This document shows positions 34,671 through 47,322 of a DNA stretch of 64,000 nt, in pieces. Position numbers and translations under genes: made by a program. Within the stretch, counting starts at the first letter, position 1. Every line of letters starts with the position of its first letter. Source of the stretch: Daphnia carinata (Eukaryota); contig NC_081331.1 of the NCBI RefSeq assembly GCF_022539665.2, positions 9,610,001 through 9,674,000 on the forward strand, in the 5' to 3' direction. The notes beneath the pieces were generated by a model that saw only the letters and a list, made by a program, of their open reading frames with translations, was not told the DNA's origin and ran no database searches.

Positions 34671-34730
34671 TACCTACTTCATTAGACTGATTTAATATTA
34701 GTACTTTAGACTGATTCGACAAAAATTGAG

Positions 34731-37700
34731 ATGAAACCGAATCCTCGTCTATCAAGGGCTCTGAGAGCTTTCACAAACCTCAGTTCCCCCATTTGTGGGA
34801 AGTTGACTGACACGTCATCCCATTATTTAAGTGAACTTAGGATAAAACAGCAAGAGCAAGACAACAAGTAAGTTTTATAGTTGCTTTTACATTACATATA
34901 TTTTTAGGTAGAAATTGAATTATTTTTATTTTTATATAGGATCACATGGACAAAATTAGCTAGGGAATTGGAAAAATCAGGGAAAAGTTCAACAGAAATT
35001 AGAGCATTACTGAGTCCTCTTCGACAGGTGGCCCAAAAAATAATGGGTGATGAGTGTGGAACAAAGGTGATAGAGGACTGTGCAATCAGCCTCATATTTT
35101 TCTTCTTTGAGATGGAAAATGTCACCCCGAAAAGCTTGTCCTCTTTTGGTTTTGGAGTAATTGACCTTTCACTTGGAAAGGAGACACTCAAAGTACTATT
35201 TAAAATCTTATTCTTTTCCACATCTTTGTATTAAAATATTTTTTTTTTTCAACAGATTGTTAGAAATTTAATAAGCAAGTTACCAGAAACTGTGCTGAAG
35301 TACTTGAAAAGTGAAAGCTCTGAAGAACCTGTAACAGAATTTGGTAAAGATGTAAAAGTTTATCCAATAGACGAGCTCTCCGAAAATGGTGTAGACGTGC
35401 TTATGGACTGGGGCAATGCTGCTAGCAATTTTGATGGACTTACAAAAAAAGATATTAGTTTCAAATGGGAAGATTCGAAAACAAACGACAGCAGAATATT
35501 TGAGGTATATTTACCACAGTTTACCGTCTTAAATTTATATTTCTTTAAGTCTTTGTTGTGTGATAGCGAAAAGTGCATGGTCGTGGTTGGCTTGAACAAC
35601 AGCTAGCTCTTTCTGGTGGCAATTCCCTTAATATTCCAATAACCGATCTCGTGGATTCTATAATGAGCGTTATATGTTCTAATAAGTCGGACGACGAATT
35701 ACAAACGGAGGTATGTGTCCGTGATTTTGTTTGTTTCACGTAAAAGCGATAGTTGATACCATGTTTTGACATTAGTTCTTTGATCTACTGGGATTCGATC
35801 GATTTGAGTTAATACAAGACCTCCTAGAAAACAGAAAGGAAATGAAAAAGGCAGAAAAGTCAATTACCACCCAAGGTAACTATTATGACTCAGTCTCCAA
35901 ATACGACATTAACAAATTTTTTTGCAGTTGCCATAGCTTCGTCGAAAGTAAAACCTTATTCTGCGGGCCCCGTCATCAGTGGGCAAGTGCTTGTTCAATC
36001 GGCACAGGAAAAAGATTTGATGAAACAGATACGAAAAGAAGAAAAGCGGTATCAGAAACTGCGACAAGGGTATGAAAATGACGTAGAAGAAGCGGCTTCC
36101 ATGAAAATGTTCCAGTAAGCTCAGCTTGGATATCTGATCTATAGTTACGTTGCGTTTTTAATGATACAACAATTTTTTCTATGCAGAGAACAACAACTAG
36201 TGGTAGCTTCCACACTCCCCATAATGAAACATTCCGCTAGTAGAACAGTCAAATATCCTAACGTTTATGATTCAATAGCCGAGGCAAAGCAGTCTTCTGG
36301 TACTTCATTTGAATTTTTAATATTTCAATCAAAGTGGTATTTCATATAACCTTTTCTGCAGCCTTTGTTGGTGGCAAGAAAATGGCCTTACCAGAATCTG
36401 CGACACGCACTAACACTGCGAGATATGAAGAAATCAATATTCCTCTTACAGAACCAGCTCCGACAGAAGTAGGCAACACGTTAATCCCCATTGCTTCATT
36501 GGATGACATCAGCCGAAAAGCGTTTGCCAATTGCAAAAACCTCAACAAGATTCAGAGTGTGGTGTTTGACACTGCTTACCGAACTAACGAGAACATGTTA
36601 GTGTGCGCTCCGACGGGTGCCGGTAAAACAAATATTGCCATGTTGACCATTTTGCAAATTATCAAGCAGTACATCAACAACGGGGTCCTTGAGAGAAAAG
36701 ATCAGTTTAAGGTAAAAGCATCTCTTCGCAATCAACCATATACCCGATATTCCTAAAATAATTATTCTCGTTGACAGATAGTTTATGTGGCACCAATGAA
36801 AGCTCTGGCAGCTGAAATGGCAGAGAATTTCGGAAAACGTTTGGCTCCATTAGGTCTAGTAGTGCGTGAGTTGACGGGCGACATGCAGTTGACCAAGGCC
36901 GAAATCATGGCCACTCAAATGCTCATCACCACGCCCGAGAAGTGGGACGTGATTACAAGGAAAAGCACGGGTATGTTAAGGAACAGTGTTTTTCCCTCTT
37001 TCATTTCCTTTATGATCAATTTTGTGGTAACTTTCATTTTATTGGTCGCAGGAGACATTGCTCTGACGCAGCTAGTAAAATTGCTCATCATCGACGAAGT
37101 TCACTTGCTCCATGGTGATCGTGGTCCTGTAGTCGAAGCTCTTGTAGCTCGTACATTGCGGCAAGTCGAATCTTCCCAAATGATGATTCGCATCCTCGGC
37201 CTTTCAGCCACACTGCCCAATTACATCGACGTAGCTCATTTTCTGCGTGTCAATCCCTACAAAGGCCTCTTTTACTTTGATTCCCGCTTCCGTCCAGTGC
37301 CTTTATCTCAAACGTTCATCGGCATCAAAGAGGTCAATCCCATGCGGCAGATGCAACAAATGGATTTCGTTTGTTACGAAAAGGTCGCCGCCATGGTACA
37401 ACAAGGTCATCAAGTAATGGTGTTCGTGCATGCCCGTAACGCCACCCTCAAGACAGCACAGGTATAGTGCCTGCTTAGCATTACCCAATTCACAAATTCA
37501 CAATGCGAGATTTAATTTGTATTTCAGACTTTACGAATGCAAGCGCAGGAGAAAAACCAATTACACTTGTTTCAGCCGGAGGACAATAGCGGTTTTAATA
37601 CAGCCATGAAGAATGCGGGAAAATCAAGGAATAGACATTTGGTCGACTTGTTGAAAGACGGGTCAGTCGAATGAAATAATATTCCATCGTTTCTATTTCC

Positions 37701-40700
37701 CTAACATTTCGATTTGCCAATAGATTTGCCATTCACCACGCCGGAATGTTGCGAAGCGATCGAAACCTTGTGGAGAAAATGTTTGCTGACGGAATGGCGC
37801 GTGTCTTGGTCTGTACTGCTACTTTGGCTTGGGGTGTTAACTTGCCCGCCCATGCAGTCATCATTAAAGGAACCGAGATTTACGACGCCAAGCACGGAGC
37901 CTTTGTCGATATTGGCATCTTGGATGTGCTTCAGATTTTTGGTCGTGCTGGTCGTCCCCAATTCGACAAATCTGGTCACGGAACCATTATCACTTCGCAC
38001 GAAAAGTTAGCGCACTACCTCTCTTTGCTGACGTGTCAGTACCCCATTGAGAGTAGCTTTGAAAAAAATATGACGGACAACTTGAACGCCGAGATTACGC
38101 TTGGAACAGTCGCCAACGTGGACGAAGCCGTCCAGTGGCTCAGTTATACTTATCTCTTCATCCGCATGAGAAAGAATCCCATCGCTTACGGCATTAACCT
38201 GGAACAGATCTTTGATGATCCTCACTTGGGCGGGAAGCGCAGGGAATTGATCGTACTGGCTGCACGATCCTTGGATAAAGCCAGAATGATCCGTTTCGAG
38301 GAAAGGACTGGCCTGCTGCACGCAACCGATTTGGGTCGAACGGCCAGTCATTTCTACATCAAGTACGATACAGTCGAGATCTTCAACGAGCAAATGCATC
38401 CAGCTATGAATGATGCTGAAATATTTGCCCTCATATCCATGGCAACGGAATTCGACCAGCTTAAAGTCCGCGATGATGAATTAGATGAACTCGACGGCTA
38501 CCTGCACACGTACTGCGAACTGCCCGTCAGTGGTGGAAGCGAGAACATTCACGGCAAAGTGAACATTTTGCTGCAGACGTACGTCTCAAGAGGTCCAGTC
38601 AACTCGTTCAGTTTGATCTCTGATCAGTCGTTTATCGTCCAAAATGCATCTCGTATTGCTCGCGCGCTCTTTGAAATTGTATTACGCAAGAACTGGCCTC
38701 TGATGTCTGGAAGGGTACTGCGTGTTTCCAAGTAAGGCATACTTTATTGTTTATTTTAATCCTCGTCATTAACACGATTCTTTTGCTTTATTTATTTTTA
38801 ATCAGCATGATCGAACAACGAGTGTGGGACTCACAGCATCCGCTACGACAGTTTGCAACTCTTGGTCAAGACATTCTCATTAAGTTAGAAGATAAAAAAT
38901 TATCACTGGAACGATTGCGCGAAATGGACAGTAAAGAAATTGGATTTATGATTCAAAATCAGCGGTCGGGACCGATCGTGAAAAGGAATGCTTCAGAATT
39001 CCCTTATTTAGAGGTGGATGCCACAGTACAACCTATCACGCGAACGGTATTACGTATCCGGCTTTGCATCCGTCCCGATTTCCGCTGGAACGATCGAATT
39101 CACAGTCTCTCGTCGGAGCCCTTTTGGATGTGGGTAGAAGACCCCGAAAACAATACGACATATCATTATGAATCCATCTCGCTGAGCAAGAGGCAAGTAA
39201 CGCGGAAAGAAGAGCAAGTGATTGTCTTTACTATTCCGATCTTCGAGCCGTTGCCGTCGCAGTACTACATCCGCATTGTCAGCGACCGTTGGCTCCGTTG
39301 CGAAATCACGCATCCCATCTCGTTCCAGCAACTTATCCTGCCGGAACGTCATCCACCACACACGGCCTTACTGGATTTGAAACCGTTGCCCGTCACGGCG
39401 CTGAAAAACCCCGAATTTCAAAGCCTTTACTCGTTCCCTTACTTCAATCCAATTCAAACACAGTTATTCCACGTTTTGTATCACACTGACCATAACGTTT
39501 TGTTAGGCGCACCCACTGGTTCGGGAAAAACCATTGTGGCTGAAATTGCAATGTTCCGCGTCTTTCGGGAGCACCCTAAAAGCAAAGTGGTTTACATTGC
39601 CCCCATGAAAGCGCTGGTTCGCGAGCGAATGGATGATTGGCGAGAACGTTTAGGCCGTCGGCTGGGCAAGAACGTCGTGGAATTAACTGGAGACGTCACA
39701 CCTGACGTCAGGGCCATAAGTCGGGCGGACGTCATTGTCACCACACCCGAAAAATGGGACGGTGTCAGCCGATCGTGGCAAACTCGTGATTATGTCCGTG
39801 CTGTTGCTCTCATCATCATCGATGAAATTCATTTGCTGGGCGAAGATCGTGGCCCAGTTCTTGAAGTTATCGTTTCCCGTACCAATTTCATCGCGTCGCA
39901 CACGGGCCGTTCCCTTCGTCTGATTGGACTGTCGACTGCTGTGGCGAACGCTCGCGATTTGGGTGATTGGCTCAATATCGGCCAAGTTGGCCTCTTCAAT
40001 TTCAGGCCTTCCGTCCGGCCCGTCCCTCTGGAAGTTCACATTTCCGGATTCCCCGGTAAACACTACTGTCCCCGCATGGCCACGATGAATAAGCCGACGT
40101 TCCAGGCGATCAAGCAACACTCTCCAGACAAACCGGTCCTGGTGTTCGTCTCATCTCGACGTCAGACACGTTTGACAGCCCTGGATCTGATCGGTTATCT
40201 GGCTGCCGAGGAGAGCCCTCGACAGTTTGTCCGTATGCCCGAACGAGACATGGAACAACTAACCCTGTCTATTCGAGATCCCAATCTCAAGTTGACTCTT
40301 TCTTTCGGTGTTGGAATCCACCACGCCGGATTGACAGAGAAGGACCGTCGCTTAGTGGAGGAATTGTTCGTCAACCAAAAAATCCAAGTCCTGATTGCCA
40401 CCGCAACGTTAGCATGGGTAAGGACTATTTTGTTTTCATTCAAACGAACAAGTGTATTTATAGAAAAATTACCTTTTTAATGAATAGGGTGTCAACTTTC
40501 CTGCCCATCTTGTCGTCATCAAGGGCACCGAATACTACGATGGAAAGTCACGTCGCTACGTTGATATGCCCATCACTGATGGTAAAGTTAGCTTGTCCTT
40601 CATGTCTTTAAATGTTTGAAAGAAAACAGGTTTTTCTTATTTATAGTTTTGCAGATGATGGGACGAGCAGGACGACCACAGTACGATGATCATGGAGTTG

Positions 40701-42241
40701 CCTGTGTTTTGGTGCACGACATTAAAAAGGATTTTTACAAAAAGTTCTTGTACGAACCGTTTCCAGTTGAATCTAGTTTGTTGGACGTGCTCCCGGAACA
40801 TCTAAATGCTGAAATAGTGGCTGGCACAATTTGTTCCAAACAAGAAGCTATTGACTATTTAACATGGACGTATTTCTTCAGACGATTGCTACAAAATCCG
40901 GCGTATTACGGTCTAGAACAGCTGGAACCCACCGATGTTAATCGGTATTTGACATCGTTGATTCAGCGTTCACTCTCGGTTCTCGAAGCTGCTTCATGTA
41001 CCGAAATCGAAGAAGATGGTCGTGTAGCGCCCACTTCACTCGGCCGGATTGCTTCCTACTATTACCTGAGCTATCACACGTTGCAATTGTTCCGCGATCG
41101 GCTAAATCAAGATACGACGCTGGAAGATCTGTTGTCCATTTTGAGTGATGCGCACGAGTATAGCGAACTGCCCGTTCGCCACAACGAGGATTTGCTCAAC
41201 GCCGACTTGGCCAAAAATTGCCTTTTGCCCGTCAATCCTTATTCGTTCGATTCGTCGCACACCAAAGCTCATTTGCTCTTCCAGGCGCATTTTTCGCGCA
41301 TGAGTTTACCCTGTGCCGACTACGCCACCGATACCAAATCGGTGCTGGATCAGTCGATCCGTATCTTGCAAGCTATGATGGATGTAGCAGCTGAAGGAGG
41401 TTGGTTGGCCACCACATTGCGCATCCAGCAGCTCCTCCAAATGGTCATACAAGCTATATGGATCCACGACCCGGCCGTTTTGATACTTCCGCATTTTGAC
41501 ACGTTTATTTTGCCCGTCCTTCGAACCCGCCAAGAACAACTAATGCATTTGCCCGTCTTACAAAAAGCCGTTGCAGTGGACTTTGCAAAACTGTCTAATT
41601 TACTGAGCACGGATTTCAGCGCAGATCAGATACAGGAAGTGCGTCAAGTCATTTCTAATTTACCCGTCATTGACATTTCAATGTCCGTTGTATGGGGTAC
41701 AACGTCAACGCCTCTATCCATCATCCCCAACTGCGGGCTACAAGAGGCCGAATGGATTGACGTACCCGCAGATCAAGAGTGCCTTCTCGATATCACTTTC
41801 ACTCGTCAGAGCCTGTTTGAGACAGCCCCTGTTGTCACGGGAGGAGCTCGTCCTAAAAAATCTGTGCAATCTGTTGCTGTCGATAGTGGAGCCATGGGCA
41901 GCGGGACCAACCAAACGGGCCGCAGCCGATCTGTTTATGCTCCTAAATTTCCGAAATCGAAGGACGAAGGATGGTTTTTAACTCTTGGTTCGGTTGAGAA
42001 ACAAGAATTGTTAGCACTGAAACGTGTGACTTTGCCAAGGATGAAATGCCCGCATCAATTGAGCTTCACGACTCCTCAAAAACTCGGCCGACTGATGTTG
42101 ACATTTTATTTCATGTCAGACAGCTATGTCGGTCTGGACCAGCAATATACCGTCTACCTAAACGTTTGCAAAGCCAAACCCACCGAGTCCGATGAATACG
42201 AGGCAGATAACGATTTCTACGGCAACAAGATTGAACTGTGA
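34731..42241 (+). CDS. ASCC3: Activating signal cointegrator 1 complex subunit 3 (Ski2-like dual-cassette helicase)
   Basis: N-terminus [17 protein letters not shown] resembles ASCC3 rather than Brr2. Cassette 1 has [21 protein letters not shown]. Cassette 2 has [32 protein letters not shown]. Two Sec63 regions, the last ending [12 protein letters not shown]. Confidence 0.95.
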
Positions 42242-44174
42242 TTACTTTTTTTTTTCCCGACCGTCCCTAGGATGAATTACTCCCCTTTGTTATTTTTTGA
42301 AACTATGATGGCTGTTGTTGAAAATTCGTTTGCGAAAACGTTGTGCAAGAACCAATATTTTTTATATTGTTCATTTGCATAAACAGGGAATAAAGAAACG
42401 GTTGTAAGAAGAATTCCGAAAAATATATGGAATCTCGCTGATGATTTCGAGGTTGGAATTCGCTTATCCGAATTACTAGCAATAAGAAAACGCCGAGAGC
42501 GTTGGACGGAAGAAACAAAATTTTTAAAGAAAAAACTAGTCGTTGAACATAATTGACGGAACGAGAAAAACGTGTCGCGACTGCTTAAACGAAGTTCGCA
42601 CGATTACGTACGAGACCGCATTTCAAGATCGTGACTGAAGTTGATGGTCAACAACCGACGTTGTTCAATGGGGGGCTGACGGTCAATAAAAACAACAATT
42701 TTGCATTTTTTTTTTCTCCCGCAAAGGAACTTCTTAAAAGGACGATTAGATACTCTTTTTTTTTTTATTTCTTTATTAGATTCATGGATCACTGTAATCC
42801 CGAGTGGACCGAAAATGCTGCAGGTACATCCGCGTGGAAACGAACGAACATCTCAACCTGGGGCCGCCATAGGTTGAGATAACAATCGCCTTACCCGAGC
42901 GCTTGTGCATTCCTTTAAGACAGCATCTACGATGGTTTGATAAATCAACTGTCAGCCCAATCGGTACAGCTGTCTGTTCATCCGGTTTGTATTATATTAT
43001 GATTTCCTTGTTGTTGCTTTGGTTGTGTTTATAAAAGAAAAAACTCACAATTTTTTTTCTCAAAGATAAGGAAAAAAAAAAAATGTGATTGTAAAACTGG
43101 CCACTGAGTTACTAAAATGACACGAAGCTGTCTCTTCAATGGCCAAGGTTACGATCACTTACTATACCGGTATATAAAGTCTAATACGTGTGTCTGTTTG
43201 GAAGATAAAGATGTACATGTGGGTATCCCATAAACGCGTGGCGCTTTGGAGAAAATGTTTGCTACAAAAGACGGAAAAAAACTCGATATCCCTCATCCTC
43301 TGGCCCGTTCGCCTTGAGCGCTCCCGGGAGTGCCTTCAACATGCCGGTTTCGGTCATTTTTTTTTTTTTTCTCCGTCTCTTGTATTTAGCCAAGTTATCA
43401 ACGGCCCGTGGCCGCATAACTTTTTTCCCAATGACTAACTGGCATCCTGTCGCCCTTTGCGTGGGGACCGTTGATCTTTTTTCGCACATGATTTGTTCAT
43501 ATCCGGGTGTGGTCAGAAAATGTTTCTCTTGTTTGTCACGTGCTCTGCTCGCCACCTAGCGAACTTGCAGATTTCATGATAATCACGTCTGAGGCGTTTG
43601 ATCTTAATGACTCTGCATTCGTGTTGCTGAAATGGGTAAAAACTTCGGTAGAAAACTATTGGCCAGTGGAACGCACTCTGATAAGGTACGGCCTTCTTCA
43701 TATAAAGAATTTCTTCATCGTTAAAGCATGACCATTCCTTCAACTTTAACAAGTGTCGATTGTGAATCAGTAGGAGAATACCCTGAAACCAATTTGACTG
43801 GTGGTTAAAGCACCACAATCTTCAAGGTCTCGCTGCGTGAGATTTATCAAGGTCGCCTATGCAGAGTGTGTTACACGTAGCAATATTCACACATCGCAGA
43901 ATTGGTCATGATTTGTATCTTTTGTTCAATATCCGCATGTCCTCTTCATCATTAAATATTCTACGTTTTTTTAAATTTTATTTTCAGAGAGATGTTTCTA
44001 TAGCTGCCGGATTGTCAGCCGGACAAAGAGGCTAAGAAGTTCCTTTTGCTGGTACAACATGCCGCGTCCATCACCCGTCTGCTGGAAGCTGCTGCAGCTT
44101 TACGTGGTGTCTCACCTGTGCCGCAGCTCTGACGCAGCTGTAAAACATGTGCTTCGCCCCGTGTTTCACCCAAG

Positions 44175-44211
44175 CATAAATTGAAGTCGCAGGCGTCTGG
44201 AACCGTCAGTC
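44175..44211 (+). promoter_or_regulatory. Core promoter: CATAAA TATA variant plus arthropod initiator TCAGTC
   Basis: CATAAA at 44175 and TCAGT at 44206, 31 nt apart, about 70 nt upstream of ATG 44275. Confidence 0.6.
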
Positions 44212-44274
44212 TCGGTTTAGTCGCGCTCCACAACCTTTACAGCAAGCACATAGCATTCCGCTTCATATCCAACC

Positions 44275-46429
44275 ATGAAGATCTTTGTAAGTTTATTTAC
44301 ATCTCTTAGAGTAATTAACGGCTAAGAAACAACTTGGTACACTTAGGCGGGTGATTTAAACAAGCGACGTAATTGATATATTTTGAATTTTGGCCTCTTA
44401 ATATCGTTGACATTTTGATTGATGTTCAGTGAATGACCGTACGACTGTTCGTGTAGATTCGGTTTGGCCGTGGGACCAAAATTTAATGCAAAGTGTGTAA
44501 GTCGTTACATTGGCGTTTTGCCAGTGGCAGGCCAGATTTTTCACGCGTGCCCGCTATCGCTAACCGGAGACACTTTTTAAGGGGGATAAAGATGCCGAAA
44601 GTGATGGCAATGAAAGGATCGAGATTGTAAAGAGCTTCTTTGAAAAAGAAGCATTCTTTAATTATTTTTAAATATGTAATTCTTGAGTGACAGCTTCATA
44701 TTGCTTGTGAATGAATCTCCATCTTTCTTGATGCGTCAGATGATTTTTCTTGACACATCAGCGACGTACGAAACGTGGATCTAAGCGGAGCATTTGTCAT
44801 ATCCCAATTACGGCACCAATCATATGAAACGAAGCAATCCATTTTTTCGTTTTGTTTATACGAAAGTTGTAGTTGCATGTATTTAATTAGCGATTGATCT
44901 ATTCACTGGTTGGTGCGTAGTTCGAAAAGGTTGAAAAGCTTAATTTGAATTTTGTGTAGGGGAATAAAAGGACTAGTGCATAAATGTCGTAGACACTGCA
45001 TGGTACGTTAACGCGTTAATTCCGAAAAGAATCGAGGGTCATACAAGGAGAAGACAGGAGGAGATCTTGTTTTGGCTCTTCGCGATAATCGCCTCTGGGC
45101 TCGTGGAGGTCGATTGGGCGTGGATGGTGGTGGTTTGGGTTTTTGCAGTAGTGGAGTTGGCATTCCGCGCCCGGTGTCCATCCGCGCCCTCCTCGATGCT
45201 GCTGACCTTCATTTGTGGAATCTTCATCATCCTCGTCCAACGGCCGTTGCTGTTTGTTTTGGTTGTTTCATCTTTGGCTTTTGTCCTTTTTCGTTCCCTT
45301 GAACCTCAACTTACCCTCTGTCTAAGCAAAAGGGGGATACAATCGCAAAGCGAAAAGGGTTGACGTCAAGAAGGATATTTATGAAAAGGTAAACCCACCG
45401 TCACGAGCCAATGAATCTCCATGATTTTTTTATTTTACAAAGAAGAGAGAAAAACCTTTCTTGCTTTGCCACACGCGGCTCAAGGACACAGTGAAGCTCT
45501 TTTGTGTTTTCTTTTTTTTTTCTCTCTTGTTCTTTCAAATCAAAATCGAAATGAAAAAGATCACCTTTTTGGGAACAGGAGGCAGGTGAATAACCAGTTT
45601 TACAAAGTAACTCAATAGCTTCATTATTTCTTTCTCGTTTGGTTTTGCGGGACAAAGAAATCGAACTAAACAACACGGAACACATTTTTTTGTGCTGAAA
45701 GGTAGATGTTGAAAACTGATTTGATGTTCTATACTTGGTCGATTTCAGATTATGACGATTTTTCTGGCCGCCGCGTCAGCTGGACCCATTCCAAAAGCAT
45801 ACGATATCGATGCTGTGAGGGTGGGGCAACCTTATTACTTAACTTATCCGGCGGGCTATTTCAATGATCACTATCCCGGCCAGCAGCGGCAGCAGCTCGT
45901 GCCGCTACCTAGTGATATCATCGTAGGACAGCAGCCGGCCCCTACTTTTAGCGGTCCAGTCGCAGTCAGCGGGGAGCGTTACGGCGACCAACAGGGAATC
46001 CAACTGATGTTAACTGTTCCGTCTGCCGTTCCTCCTGGCACGTCTGTCTCCGTCACTGTCAATGTCAACTCAGAGGCGAACGGTGGCACAGTGGTTTCCG
46101 TATCCAATCCAGTGATTTCTACTCCTGTTGAAGCTCGTCCCCAAGTAACACCACAACAGGCAGAAGCCATCATCGTGGACGCAAACGGAACAATTAAAGG
46201 TATTTGATATAATTAGATGTTTCATAATTGCCAGTAGATAAATGGAATTGTATGTCTAGAGCCACCAACCGCCGGCTTGTTGCCCGACGAATTTGATCAA
46301 CGTGAACCTCCAATGATGTTCTTACCACCGTTTGAAAATTCGAAGGACTCACCAGTGTTGGTCGCAATGCAAGGTGAAGCCCAGCAGCAACAATTGGCAG
46401 CGCTACTGAAGACGAAAACCATCTATTGA
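44275..46429 (+). CDS. Uncharacterised secreted Pro/Val/Gln-rich protein, ~210 aa, 3 exons (possibly cuticular)
   Basis: Exon 1 ATGAAGATCTTT|GTAAGT (MKIF, 44275-44286). Exon 2 45749-46199 (IMTIFLAAASAGPIPKAY...). Exon 3 46260-46429 (EPPTAGLL...KTKTIY*). Phases are compatible and the join creates a signal peptide. Confidence 0.75.
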
Positions 46430-47322
46430 GGTACAAGTTGAATTGCGTGCCTGACGTCGCTCATCACAATCAATTAGGAATATCATCTCGGCCCTTTGGC
46501 AGCTTTAATCACAAACTTTACCATTCTACTATTCCATTTTTTTCAATTAGCTATCTTGTGTGTGCGTGCACTGAACAGTTGTTAAATTAATTAATGTGGA
46601 AACCATAACAAAAAGCGCTCGGGCTGAAAAATTCCGGACGCGTAGCTATAGAAGATCAACGACGCATTAAACTTTCAAAGTTTCTTCTTGCATGGATTTG
46701 CGACACCCGACTGACGATTTTCCCCACTTAACTAAATTCGTTTCATTTTACTAAAACAATCTGAAAACAGAGGCACAAAAAAAAAAGAAAAAAAAGAAGA
46801 AAAAGAAAAAAAAAAACAAGAAAACAAGAAGGCAAGTACGAATTTTGGATAATGTTGACGTATTTTGCCGTGCCATTATGCGTTACATCATACGGCTGTA
46901 TTGACTACAGATAATTTCTAGCTAAAGTTTAACCAATTGATGTTACACCTATTTGCGATAAAAAAAAACTTCTGACAATTTGTATTGGAGTCCCATTGGC
47001 CTACATTCGTTGCGAATTTGTATGCTGGACTAGAATCGGAATGGTATAACACTTGCCAACAAATAACGGTCTTCCAGCAAGATTATGACAACACACAACA
47101 TACCTTTACTTCTTTGCTACGTTTAGTGGTCCGTCCGATCTTTTAACTGCCGTTTCCGTCACATATTATCAGAATTACCCATTTAACCACAAAGAAAAAT
47201 GCTGTAAGCCGCTCGGACAAGAAGTAAAAATGACGACGAAGTTTGTTGGGAACTTTGCAGAATGCAACTGTGCAATGGCAAAGCTGAAACTGAATGGTTA
47301 GTAGGCGAATCCGGTCTACTGT

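Noticed and set aside
46776..46830. Long A-rich run as a retroposon tail
   Set aside because: No TSD or element body, and A/T runs are common throughout the window.
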